From: Octopus vulgaris
Taxonomy: Eukaryota
DNA length: 64,000 bases
Assembly: GCA_951406725.2 (NCBI GenBank)
Contig: OX597817.1
Coordinates: 111,166,001 to 111,230,000, forward strand
Direction: 5' to 3'
The position numbers were made by a program, and so were the translations under genes. Positions 12,624 through 25,595 of the stretch are shown one piece after another. Within the stretch, counting starts at the first letter, position 1. Every line of letters begins with the position of its first letter. Below the pieces are notes generated by a model. That model was not told the origin of the DNA. It was given only the letters and a program-made list of their open reading frames with translations, and did no database searches.

Positions 12624-12765
12624 ACCATCATCCTCATCATTTAATGTCTGTATGCTGACAGAGGTTGGAGGGCTTGATAGGAGCTGACAAATCAGAGGAT
12701 TGCACCAAGCTCCACTGACTGTTTTGGCATGGCTTTTACAGCAGGATACCCTTCCGAATGCCATG
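12624..12765 (-). mobile_element. RTE-type 3' UTR fragment
   Basis: catcatcctcatcatttaatgtc...gttttggcatggcttttacagcaggatacccttcc is the reverse of the (GAT)n-tailed family. Confidence 0.65.
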
Positions 12766-13694
12766 TATAAAAATAATTCTGTTATGGGTTTGTTTTCTTT
12801 TGTTTTTCTTTTTGAAATGTGTAATTTTAGTCTTTCACAAGTGAATAACTAACTACAAAGCATCCACTCTTCCAGCCTCCACAATAGTATTCCTTTTCAT
12901 GCTGACATCTTAAATGGATTATTACAATCATAAATCATATAGCAATTGATGTTTAAATGGTCTGGTAAACATAATCAAAGCACAATGAGACTGTACTAAT
13001 AGTGACCTGTCTCCGTAATCATTCTATGATGCATTCTTAGCTGCACTGCTTTCCCATACATTTATACACCCACACACACACATTTTGTGCTGTTTCAATA
13101 ATTCATTGCACAATTTCATTAATTCATGAAGTGTATAAAACAGAAATTAGAATTGATTACCACTTAACTTCCATAACAGGTTTAGGTTGCTAATTTATGG
13201 AGAATTTATAATCATTTTCACTGTCATTCCCCATGATATTATTATTTTATATTGGTAAACAATGTATCTATTGTCTCATTCATCCTCTCCATGTATTGAA
13301 GAGGGTACTCCAACATGGCTGCAGTCCAATCTCTGAAACCAGTCAAAGAATAGAAACAATGTATCCATTATACCTCTATGTCATTTAATATGGTTGGTAA
13401 TGGGGTTTGTTATATTTAACTTTCAGGGAGGTGAGCAAAAAGCAGGGTCTTTTAATTCACTACTGTCACCACTGTTAGTTTATTAGAAATTATCTTTATG
13501 TGATAGAGTATTGTTCTGTTTTCATGGTGCTGAGTGAATTGACACTTTCTTAAGGCATTAATTTGTCACAAACCCTGTCCCTTGAAGATTTACCTCTCTA
13601 CAGTAACTAGTCAAAATAGCCATTAGATTTATCACTGGTACCCCAACCAAAACTATAATAATAATAAAATAACAACAACAACAATAATAATAAT

Positions 13695-15220
13695 TCATTC
13701 TTTTATATGCTACAGGGGCTAATATAAATCAAAACATTAAAGAACAACACAAGACAATATACAAAGGGTTTTGCAAAAGAAAAAAAAAGAAAACCATTTG
13801 GGTAAACATTTGATAACCATAAAACAATTCAACAAGTAAAAAAAACTCCCAATTCGGGGTGGGGGATGCTTTAAAGGTTACTTGTGGAAAAACCCATAAA
13901 AGCTACTGTGCCTGATCAACAGGGCAAGAGCCCTTCTCCTTTTATACTTTTTTTTTACAAGTGTATTCTCAGAATTGATCCATCCATACTGGCCATTTTT
14001 CTGACATCCACCCACCTTTCAACAAATTTGCTAGAAGACAACACTTCCCTCTCTACCCTCACTTTCCTATTCAAGTGGAACTTGAAAAAGTTGATGAGAC
14101 TTTGGCCAAAGAGGAAAGTGTTTGACTTAAGCTCTTTCAAAGAGATCCACCATACTACTTCTTTCTCTACAGCCACCAGACAAATGAAAATTGCCTACCC
14201 CTCCTGGTTAAAGGAGGCCAGTGGGGCAATCTTCACTATGGATTCACCTGATAGCCAGATCCATACTACGAGCGACAGCAGCTATTCGCCATTAACCCAC
14301 TGGTCAGCAATGTTTGGGCACTGGACGAGTACGTGCAGAACAGTTTCATCACTCTCAGCACACCTCAGGCAAGTCTGGCTGACAGCACTTCCATACCTGT
14401 ATAGTTTATCCTGAATGGGCAGCGCCCCTTGGTAGCACTGCCAAGTGAGGGATTTCTGGAAGTTATCCATATGCCTAGGCCTGAAAGTTCTCCGAAACAG
14501 ACCTGTTAGTTGATCCTCATCAATACCCAGAGTTGCCCCGAAAACGTTGTCACACTTTCCCCTCACTAGCCCTCTATAGAACGCTAGAATGGAACTACTA
14601 CCAACAACATTGCCTGCCTGGCAGAGAGCTGTGAGCACTTGATGACACTTGAGGTGCCAAGCATCCTTTCTCGGTCTATGCTTGATCCAAGATTGCAGCT
14701 CAGTCAAAGAGACAAGCTGTGGAAAGGTGAGTCTGACAAACGGCGAACACACCTTCTCACCATCCAGGAAATGCTTGAGATGCCATAGCCTGAGTGCATG
14801 TCTGCACATCAGCAACCACAGCATGCCAAGGCCTCCATTCAGCAGCTGTTGACAGCTGATGGAGCACCTGATCAGTGGAACTTATCCCTTCCACAGAAAG
14901 TGGAAGAGTAAGTGATTTGGTCAACCAGCAATTGTAGCAAGGGACAATGGTCAAGTGGTAATAGATGATGGCTGCAATGTATGCATTTGCCACCTTAGCT
15001 TGACCTTTCAGGGACAGCTTCCTCACGGCCCATTCTGGGTGAGATTGGCTACCCTGTTCATCACCTCATCCCAGTTTTTCTCCACCTGGTAATCCAGACT
15101 AAACCAGACCCCAAGCAGTTTAACCGGACTGTCTGTCCAATGTACCACGATACTGTTGGACAGCATGGACTTGCCTCTCCAGGTGCCAAGTTGCAAGCCC
15201 ACCTACTTTTCTGTGTTAAT
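13695..15220 (-). mobile_element. 5'-truncated Tx1/L1-clade LINE (end of RT, zf-RVT, C-terminus, 3' UTR), frameshifted
   Basis: Minus-strand peptides VKLLGVWF, RKLSLKGQAKVANAYIAAIIYY, FQKSLTWQCYQGALPIQDKL...CLRCAESDETVLHVLVQC (zf-RVT CxxC...HxxxxC) and RKVRVEREVLSSSKFVERW; 3' end at an AAT/AAC microsatellite. Confidence 0.88.
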
Positions 15221-15324
15221 TTTGAAACTTTATTTTAATTGACTCTGGAAAGATTAAAGCAACATTGACCTTGGCAAGGTTTGAACTCAAAATGTTAAGG
15301 ACCATAACATACTGGAATTATTTA

Positions 15325-15695
15325 AAGAGGAGGGAAGTTGTGGAAGAGGGAGACCCAGGAGAATATGAGCCAATCTCAAAATTCTGAACCTAATGAAGGA
15401 GATGACAGAGGATCGAGATATGTGGTGCATTGCTGTACTTGAGAATACATGACCACTACAACAGAATTGCGATCCTAAATCCAAGGTACCACATAAGAGA
15501 CATTGGTGTGGGTACTGGTGCCATATAAAAAGCACTCTGTGGAGTGGTTGGCATTAAGAAGGGCATCCAGCCATAGAAACCGAGCCGAAACAGACTATGG
15601 AACCTGGTGCTGCCCCTAGTCTTGCCAGTTCCTGTCAAGCTATCCAGCCCATGCCAGCATGGAAAACACATTAAATGTTGATGATGATGATTATT
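15325..15695 (+). mobile_element. RTE LINE 3' fragment with (GAT)n tail
   Basis: Encodes EGSCGRGRPRRI (RTE C-terminal RGRPR motif) followed by the shared 3' UTR. Confidence 0.75.
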
Positions 15696-16129
15696 ATTAA
15701 CATACCTAATAATAATAAAGATTTTATGTAAGTACATAGCTACTCATGTTGTAGTCAATTAAATTGCTCTCTAGAACTTGACATGTTTATTTTATTGATC
15801 TCAGAACAGAGAAAGGTTTAGTCAATTCCTACAGACTTTGAATGTAAAGCAACATAATTAAATAGAACCATACATTTTGTCCACTGTCCAACTGGTTCTA
15901 GCAAGATTTCTTGTTTGTATAAAACGTAGCAATATTACTAACGTATAGATAGATGATGGTTATTATAGATAGGCTGGAGTCATGTGTATGGTATTTTTGG
16001 CTCATTAATAATAGCCAATCAGTTAACAACTAAAATTAGCTTGAGTTAAGCTAAATAACTCTAATGGCATGAACTTGAGTAAAGTTAAGGGGTGTTGTAC
16101 TGAATGTTAGACACAAAATATACTTGAAA

Positions 16130-16281
16130 CTAGCCAGCCTCTCACATCTACCCTATGGTGTCCTGAAAAATAAGCAATCACAAAATGAAAATCATGAAAC
16201 TATGAGATAATGTATGAATAATTCACAATAATGTGAATAAATAAGTATTGCATTTGACAGAGTAATCTGAATGCTAAAGGG
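16130..16281 (-). mobile_element. piggyBac-type MITE, partial copy
   Basis: Ends gtaatctgaatgctaaaggg, the reverse complement of the left end of 37880-38088. Confidence 0.7.
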
Positions 16282-17800
16282 CTTATGTCCTTTTCACAAT
16301 TTGGCCAGTGTTCTGCATTACCCATTACTCTCACTCTGTGTAGCAGTGAATTGTATTTGATTGTGGCTCCTATTTATTGCTTGGTGCAAGAACTGTGTGT
16401 TTGGGGCCATAGAATATAGCAGGATATGGACCATCACTCTGCCAATGTTTTATCTGTGAAAGTTCAGGCTAGATACTGGGTGCATCAGTTGCACCCATCT
16501 CATTAGGAAAGCCTGCAAAACTTATACTGGCACCTGTCCCTTCTGCTGATTAGATTTTTAAAAAAAAGTCAGTTGTAGTCTTGTAGCTTAAAAATCCCTG
16601 CCAAATCTCACCCTCAGAATTTAAACAATATTATTTATGATAAGTCTTCAAAACTCACAGTTGATTTTAACTTAAAACTCTTTACAAAAATGTGATTTGG
16701 ATCTTTTCCTTAAAGACCAAAACTTTGCAAGCCCATACACCAAACTGTTAATAGATTTTACTTAACCTCTATGTTAAACCAATTGTTTGTAAAACAGTCA
16801 TACTCTTTATATGAATAAAATTGTAATTGTAACTGTTTTTATGTTCTGATAATTTGCTTTTATATAAATGACACATATTAAGAAGACATTTTTTTTTTTT
16901 AATTGGAATTACTTAATCTATTTATACCCATTGCTACTATGACTGTCATGATTTCATGTACATTTTTAAAAGAAAATGATCAACATCTAAACAGAGTTTT
17001 AAATGGTGAGACATAGTTTAACTTTTTGAAAATATTAGTAACTCTAGCTATGCAAGGAGCACTTTGTTTCAAAACAATAAAAGTACATACCCACATATAC
17101 ACAGACAAAAAAGCTATTATTGTTGTATAGTTACAGGTCAGTCCCAATCAGGTAGAAATATGATTGTAGGTATTTCAGGTGTGACCTTTGTCTTGTTTTC
17201 AGATATTGGGTGTATAAGACTACATTATATAACATATCGTTTTCAAAAGCATAAGGTGTAATTTCAGTGAGATTTTACTACTATTTCTAGCAAGTCAAGT
17301 GACCACATAGATGCTGCCACATTGACATGTAAGAATGGTGGTCTTCAAGGTAAACATTCACACTTGGTCAAAAGCCAATGGATATAGACACAGATGAAAG
17401 CAGTTTGTTCAGCTGATTGTTTCTCATATTATTGTATTATTCATTTAGACTTCATCGTTGTTGTGATAGTGTGTGTTTGCTTAGCAGAGCTTTCCAATTA
17501 AAATTGCTGCATGCGAACATACATGGCTGACCTGATCTTCTTTATTTATTTGAGGCCTTGTGCTCATTTAAATTATTTTTTTTTGTTGTTGTTTTCATAG
17601 AAATGTAACATAAATCTGTTACCGTTTGTTAGTTATAACTTGAAATGTCATAGATACAAACCATAGTCATAAGTGCCATAACAAATGAGGTGAATATGAA
17701 TCATGATTTCTGCTGGTTGAAAACTGTAGCTTAATAGCTGCAAAACTAATGGCACAAACATAATGGCATTTATTTCTTTATTGGGTACAATTTTATATAT

Positions 17801-18196
17801 TACTCTTTTACTTGTTTCAGTCATTTTGACTGTGACCATGCTAGAGCACTGCCTTTAGTCGAGCAAATCGACCCCAGGACTTATTCTTTGTAAGCCTAGT
17901 ACTTATTCTATCAGTCTTTTTTTGCTGAAATGCTAAGTTACGGGGACGTAAACACACCAGCATCGGTTGTCAAGCGATGTTGGGGGGACAAACACAGACA
18001 CACAAACATATACACACACACATACATACATACACATATATACGATGGGCTTCTTTCAGTTTCTGTCTACCAAATCCACTCACAAGGCTTTGGTCGGCCT
18101 GAGGCTATAGCAGAAGACACTTGCCCAAGGTGCCACGCAGTGGGACTGAACCTGGAACAATGTGGTTGGTAAGGAAGCTACTTACCACACAGCCAC
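17801..18196 (-). mobile_element. Near full-length tRNA-derived CORE-like SINE (octopus OR2-like)
   Basis: Minus strand starts gtggctgtgtggtaag (A box)...ggttcagtccc (B box), then accttgggcaagtg CORE-like motif, internal microsatellite, 3' end tgactgaaacaagtaaaag; CpGs retained. Family name from recall. Confidence 0.9.
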
Positions 18197-19682
18197 AAGA
18201 AATTTTGAAACTCATTAAACATGCAATTTTGTCTGTTTATGGGATAATTAAAATCTGGAAAACAACTCAAAACATTTATGTTTTCATCTTATGTCTTGAT
18301 CTGATACACAGTAGCATAATTAATTTGAGGTGCATAAAGCAACTTTGAATGAAATATAGGTGTGTACAATTATATTCAACATATCTGTGTGCACTTGGAC
18401 TTGGAAAAACCTTTTGCTGCAGAAATAGTCTCTAGAAAAAATTCTTCTCTATGATGATATGTGTGAAGACACATCATTAGGCTCTGAATGACATCACCAG
18501 ACCTTAGGATGCATGCATTTAATACACACCAAATCAGTCATCATTCATAGCCCTCTAAGATTGGTTATTCTTATGTATAAAAACAACAAACAAATACACA
18601 AAGCTTGGTCAACCAACTAGAGTTGCACACTGCAGCATTGAATGTACAATTATAATTAACACATTCTTTCACATTCAGACATGAGAAGACCTTTCACTGT
18701 GGAAATAGTCTCAGGAGAAAATTATCATAAATAATATGTGGAAACACAGCATTGGTCTATGAATGATGTCATATAATGCATGCATTTCTGCATTGTTACA
18801 CTTCATCTGCTACGGACACTGAATCAGTTGTTCTTGGAGGACTGTGCATGACTGAGTAAAATAGTTGCATTAGATATGATTGTACACTTCTATATAGTAA
18901 AATAACTGACTGACTTCTTGGTAAGAATGAAAGGTAAAATTTATTCAAAATAGGATTTGAATTTTGAAATGGGAGACAAATGTGAAATTGTCTCTCTCTA
19001 TCAGCTGCAGACTCCAAACATCAGTTACAGTAAAAAGCACAAATGTGTGTATCAGATATGTGTATATACTTACACACATTCACATTGCTTAAGCTGTGTT
19101 GTATGCTATGTTTGTCATAATAAACTTGTATTGACTATCAGTTACTTGAACTTAAACTTAATAATTCTTTTTTTTTTTTAATCTCATAGTTATCAGTAAT
19201 GATCACAGGCATTTGTTTTGTGTTCTTTAGAGTGATATCTAATAGATAAATCTGAGAAAATTCCCCTAGCTTTGTCCAAACTTTGGGCGTGACTATTATA
19301 ACTGAAACCATTTGTGGTACTTGAATAAAGAAAACCATTCTTAACAGCTTTTCTTCTCTTGGTAAAAGTAAATGTTACCTCCTTAAAAAGGACAACTTTA
19401 CTTAAAGCTGCCTCTTGTCTGACTGACACTCATTTGTTTAGTGTTGTTTATCAAGTGGGTTATTATTTTCTTTTTTTTTTGTAACAATTTATATTTGCTA
19501 TTCTCTGTAAACCTTCTTACTGGTCACTTGTTAACTCAGGGTCAAGTGTCCATAGCCTGTGAATATACATTTAGATGTTGTTACTGGGCACATACAGCTT
19601 TTTAACTTGCATTGCCAACATGCTTGTTACTTTGTGATCCATTTTTAGTGTATAATATTCATGGAACCATGAAGCATTTACA

Positions 19683-19754
19683 ATGGGTATATCCGAGGAT
19701 TTCCCGGATGAATCTAACCTAGAAGCATGGATGTTACTGTATGACGATTATAAG
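19683..19754 (+). CDS. Candidate first coding exon of an unidentified + strand gene (MGISEDFPDESNLEAWMLLYDDYK)
   Basis: acaATGG start context, upstream in-frame stop, 24 codons with retained CpGs, AAG|gtatat phase-0 donor, possible acceptor atttttag ending 19648. No homology recognised. Confidence 0.35.
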
Positions 19755-22639
19755 GTATATGAGACTCTTCCCACATTAGCTCATTTAAAATAAATTTTTA
19801 AAAACTCCCCAGATTCTAAGAAGAATGCATGTTTAAAACAAGTTCTCTGTAAAAATTGCTTTATAAATTGTAACTTAAATATTCAAGTGAGCTATTATGT
19901 ACTATTGGGGACACCCTACAGTTTAAATAATATTTATTACTTTTATTTTTTATTAATTTTTTTGCCCTAGCTTGCTCTAACAGTTTGTGAAAATAAGTGT
20001 ATTTGAATAGATTTTTAGCTTCAAAATCCTCAATATTTATGAAAATGTTTGTGAATGTATATGTATACACTTACATAGAGAATTTGCTTTGTCTTTCTGG
20101 GTCTTTTGATCAAGCTAATATGTAAATTTTCTTTACAATGGTTTGACATTATTATTACTGTATGATGATTTAAAGATATTCTATTTCTTATTGATATAAG
20201 CTTTAAACAACCTAAGAATCTACTAAAAAAATGATGCTCCAGTTTTAAAGAGTGTAGATATAGTATAAAAATAATAAGTTGTTTTGTTTTAGCATATATT
20301 TTATTTATATTTCATTGTCTCTGGTGTATTATTAAACTACCGAAAGAAAAACATCTTGTGAAACAAAAACAAGTTTTTTGCTTTAGACATTGCACTTTAC
20401 GATGGTAATATGTATTTATCCTATTCTAATTCATTTATAACATTCAGGTGTTAAAGTGTCCTGCACATACATAACTCTTTAGTTTAAATTATCCCAAATA
20501 CATAATAGATATTTTACATTACACTTCTTTGTCTTAATCTCTATGCCTGGAGAGAATATATACTGGTCACAGTTCATAACTGGGAAGTAATTGTAAGGAA
20601 ATCCAGCCATAAAACTTTTGTTTTAATTATTGATTAATAATGAATATATGAAGGAAGATTGAAAGCTGAAGTTCAAATCCATAAGAGAATTTTCATAAAT
20701 ATATTATTATCTAGGATAATAGATTATTAGGAATCATACAGACTGTATATGATGTGAAAGATTATAAGACTTTCCCAATGATAAAGTACATAACTAAAGC
20801 AGGTGATCCATATACTCAATGTATACAATGAGAGTGTATACACAATGAGTGTGTGACTGTATCAGCAATATTCATATTGCATCAACTGCTTGCATTTCTA
20901 AAGATATGCTAAAATAATGTAGCTATTAGTAATCTAAAGACATGAAAAATAATCAATATGAAAGTAATTCCACATAAAAACAAATCTTCAATGACTTGTA
21001 TCTTAAGGACTGGTGGATGCATATGGAAAAAAAGCATAATAAAAAAAAAGTTGTAAAATGAAATTAGAATAAGAAAATAAAATCAAACAGGTCCTCTTAA
21101 ATTGTTAAAGATTGTGTTGAGAAGTAAAGAATATTTAAATGATCATGAAAAAATGTTTTTTGTTACTTCACTTTTCTTTAAATTGTATGTTTAAAAATAT
21201 AAAAAGTATATCTTTTAACAAAATATATCTTTTAAGATTAATGTTAAGTGATATAAGATCTTGATAAAGAGATAATATTGAAGTCTGTCTTCTCTCCCCA
21301 CCTCTCTGTATATGTATATATATTGTGTGTGTGTGTATGTATATATAAGTGGTGATATGTAATCAAATTGTAGCTATTGCACTTCTAAACTACAGTTATC
21401 ATTTCTCATAGTGCTCATGCTTACATGCAGAAGGAAGTGAGAAACGCATTCTTATATTTCCTCTCTGTTATGACACTATGATATAATGCAGCACTATTTT
21501 CCTTGATACATGAGCTATGATTAGATATAAATATGCTTTTTAAATGACATATAGAATGCATGAAGGAACATTCATAACATATATGTATGCATTTGTGTGC
21601 ATTCCTATGTGCATATATTATGTTTGTATTTTGTCATATTCTTGTTGGTCACTAAAAACAGTTATTTTGATGCACTGTTGTTAAGACCCAGGTCAGTCCC
21701 ACTGAGCAACGTTTATGATCAAATATATTCTGGCCATTACCAACTATCCTTCTTTCAGGCGTGCCATATCTAAGACTACATTATCCACAGCTGATAGCTA
21801 TGTTTATTATTTATGTTTGGTTTATTCAATGTGTGTGTGTGTGGAGGGGGGAACTCACACAGGTGAGAGAGAGAAACAACATAGAGGAAATAATAGTTTC
21901 ACAAAGTGAAAGCTCATCATATAAACTTACTAATTTGTCTGTAAAACAAATAGTTAGTAGTTAAATGAAGAAAGTACTGACAAGCATTCTGATTGCAAAA
22001 GCTATTTTAGAATTACTAAATTAGACTGATATTATTATTTGTAAAAGTCTATTTGACAGTAGTTTGCTATTTAAATCGTACAACCAAGTAATCATGTCAA
22101 GATTGATTAAAGTCTGTCATCTTTATGGGGCAAATAACATGGCTTTCTTACTCAGGCTCAAGGCCATATTTCCCTTTATTTTTCTTCTCTACTCTCCCTT
22201 CCCTCAAGGAAATTGATTGCTCTATATTTATTGCAGGTACTTTTCATGTTTTTTTTTTTGCTGTTGTTTTTGAAGGGTTATCTGAGTCACAGGCAGTAGG
22301 GCAGCAATCATTACATTTTTTATTGAGCCTCTGGGGCATCGCAATGATAACAATTTTATGTTGATACCAGTGAAAATTGAACTCAGAATCTATAGAGATA
22401 AAACTACATATAATGTTACTTCATCTCCGACAGCCCTAATGCCTTTTTTTGTATGGAATTTTTACCAATTTTCCTAAGAGAGCATTATACAGAATTTAAT
22501 TAATCTTAGTATAATAATTAGTTACGAGGAAAACTAAAATCTTCTTAGAGATACACATCAGTAATATACTAGAAGGAGTAGGGAAAAAGTTAACCCTCAA
22601 TACAACTTTATTTTAAGCTAATAGTCATTTTATATATTA

Positions 22640-23370
22640 GTTATCTACCTTCCACTGAGATTTATATCGCGCTTCCATATAGAATAAATGAATAAACATT
22701 GATGGCAAGTCAATAGAATATGCGTTTTGTAAGATGTTAAATTTTATCAGTTACCCTTTTTCTATATATTAATAAGGAAGTTTTGCAGAGGAAGTTGGCT
22801 CTTGTCTTTATTTATAACAGATTTTCTTCCCTGCCATTTATAATTTGCGTTGCACGTTAACTGTTTTCATCTAGCTTTGCCGTGGTTAATGGAAGGGAAG
22901 TAACTCGTATTAGACGTGTTCTTTGTCTTTTAGGACTTTTATTCTGATTTACTATACTCTTAATTAAATATCGGAACGAAATTTTATATAATACATCTGT
23001 TATTGATTTTTTTAATAGAAAAACGATGTAAAGGTGTCCAGCTTATAATCTTTTATTCTTGTTTTACAATATATGACTTAATTTACTGAAGCTCTTCACT
23101 AGTGGAAATGGATGACGAAGAATTTCCGACTTTGCAGACAATCTGTCTTTTGGAATACAAAAGAATATCGATTATTTTTCATCAGCTTCCTTTTAATTCA
23201 TCATGCTTTTGTCATTTCGCTACGAATTGTCACAATTTTGTTTAAGATTTTACTAAATGTGCTGTTGATAAAATGTCACAAACACTTTGTTGCTACCCGT
23301 AAGGGAAATAACTTTTACTGACTTAAGCTGCCAACACACTTCAAATTCTTTAACATTGCAATCGAAATTT
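22640..23370. promoter_or_regulatory. Non-repetitive patch with retained CpGs, candidate promoter/enhancer
   Basis: Roughly 17 CpGs counted by eye in ~730 bp, versus very few per kb in the flanks; no repeat family recognised. Confidence 0.4.
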
Positions 23371-24030
23371 TTTTCTTAATAATTATGATAATAATTAATT
23401 AATTTAAAATGCTTGATGTCCTCAATAATATTTGTTCTTTTTTTAAATGTACATTTTTGTTTTTGTTTTTACAAACTACTTTTTCTTGCTATTCTTTCTG
23501 TAAGTCCTTTGGTTGTTTGCATATATTCAGAATTTTTTTGGCAGGCCTTATAGATTAGTTTCTTACAAGCACAACATTTTGAATAATGAGATTATGTGAC
23601 AAGGGGTGAGCCTCCTAAAACAATATATTGAACAAAGTCTGCAACCATTTATAAATTCCAAACTAGATCTGATTTACAATATTATAAATTGTAACTCTGA
23701 TCTATGCTTATGCAAAGAAACAAGAAGACAAAATCTTATTTGGGAATTGGACATTTTTCTTAGTGATTTTTTTCTTCTTTAATGTATAATATAGAGAACT
23801 GTTTCTAGAATATGAAATATATATTGTTCTTTGAATCAGAGGATTTCTGTCTCCACCTCCCCCTATCTACTTCACTTCAAATATAGATGAGTGCTAAAAG
23901 CTTTAAATTCTGTCTTGGATTCTTATATTGTAAATTTTTCAACAATCAATGCTATTTTTTTTCTTCTAAAATATAAACAACAATATACCAAAATTAATTT
24001 ACAAACTATGTTTTACTTAATTTACAAACT

Positions 24031-24402
24031 ATCTTTTACTTGTTTCAGTCATTAGGCTGTGACCATACTGGGGCACCACCTTGAAGAATTTTTTAGTCAA
24101 ATGAATTGATCCCAATATCTATAATTTTTTAAAAGCCTGGTACTTATTCTATCAGTCTCTCTTTACTGAACTGCTAAGTTAGGAGACCATACACACACCA
24201 TTACTGGTTGTCAAGCAGTAGTGGGGGACAAATGAACACACACACACAATAGGCTTCTTTCCGTTTCTATCTACCAAACCACTCACAAGGCTTTGGTCAG
24301 CCTGAGGCTAGAGTAAAAACACATGCCCAAAGTGTCACACAGTGGGACTGAACCCAGAACCATGTGGTTGGGAAGCAGACTTCTTACCACACTGTCATGC
24401 CT
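24031..24402 (-). mobile_element. tRNA-derived CORE-like SINE
   Basis: Colinear with 17801-18196. Confidence 0.85.
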
Positions 24403-24578
24403 GTTATTGAATAATTAATTCAAATAAAAAAAAGTATTGTGAAAGCATATAGGCAAGCTTTTTTAAATGCACTAATTCAATGTTGCTTCACTATTTGATA
24501 TAATGTTTACCATTAGATATCTTTAGATGATCTGCTGTGAGTATAATCAGACTTTCTCAAATCATTTGTTGGTGAATA

Positions 24579-24612
<34 letters not shown>

Positions 24613-24639
24613 CGGACGTTAAATGATGATGATGATGAT

Positions 24640-25172
24640 GAGAGAAACTAGGTGTAAGAGGAATTAGATGTAGTGTGTATGACAGAAGATTGTGTTGGTA
24701 TGTTTATGTGATGCATATGGATGAGGACAGCTGCATAATGAAGTGCCGATCTCTAATTGTAGAGGGAACCTGTTGAAAGGGTATACTCAGGAAGACATGG
24801 GACAAGGTGGTGAAATATGATCTTCAGTTGTTGAGCCTTGTGAAGGTAATGACAAGTGACCAAGACTTCTGGTGAACTGCTGTGCTTCAGTAGACACATC
24901 AAGCTAAGTGAATCATGGTCATAGCCAGTGGTGATGACATGTAAAAGGCACCTCTGCTGGTGACACATAGAAGGTGCCAGTGCTGGTGACACATAAAAAA
25001 ACACCTAGTACACTCTGTAAAGTTGTTGGCATTAGGAAGGATATCCAGCAATAGAAACCAAGCCAAAACAGATGACTGGAGCCTGATGCAGTGCTCTGGT
25101 TTCCCAGCTCTAGTCAAACTGTCTAAACCATGCCAGCATGGAAAATAGATGCTAAATGATGCTGACGATGAT
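24640..25172 (+). mobile_element. RTE LINE 3' fragment (ORF C-terminus plus 3' UTR)
   Basis: Decayed peptide RRLCWYVYVMHMDEDSCIMKCRSLIVEGTC...RKTWDKVVKYDLQLLSLVKVMTSDQDFW, typical of RTE C-termini; (GAT)n tail. Confidence 0.8.
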
Positions 25173-25361
25173 TTGATCACTTCTTACCTCCCTGCACCTA
25201 CTATTAACATCAAATCTGCATGAACCAACGAGGGAATCTCTACATGGTAAATCAACCGGCTATAAATTGCACTAACTCTCAATCAAATCACACACCCCTC
25301 CCCCCTCTCTACACACACGTGCACACACACATATACACACACATAATGAGCTCCCACAATA

Positions 25362-25595
25362 CTTCTTTCTATACTGTCCACAAGGGACTACACACTGAGG
25401 GGACAAACAAGGGCAGACAAATGGATTAAGTTAATCATATCAACCTCAGTGCGTGACTGGTACTTAATTTATCGACCCCGAAAGGATGAAAGGCAAAGTC
25501 GACCTTGGTGGAATTTGAACTCAGACCGTAACAGCAGACAAAGTACCACTAGGCATTTCACCCAGCGTGCTAACGTTTCTGCCAGCTTGGCACCT
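25362..25595 (-). mobile_element. Nin/Deu-domain-like SINE, well-preserved copy
   Basis: Minus strand: agctggcagaaacgttagcacg...gagttcaaattcc...gtcgactttgcctttcatcctttcggggtcgataaattaagtacc, matching the Nin-domain motif as recalled. Confidence 0.85.

Noticed and set aside
13884-14414. 176-aa + strand ORF
   Set aside because: Antisense to the Tx1-like ORF2 remnant; no independent features.
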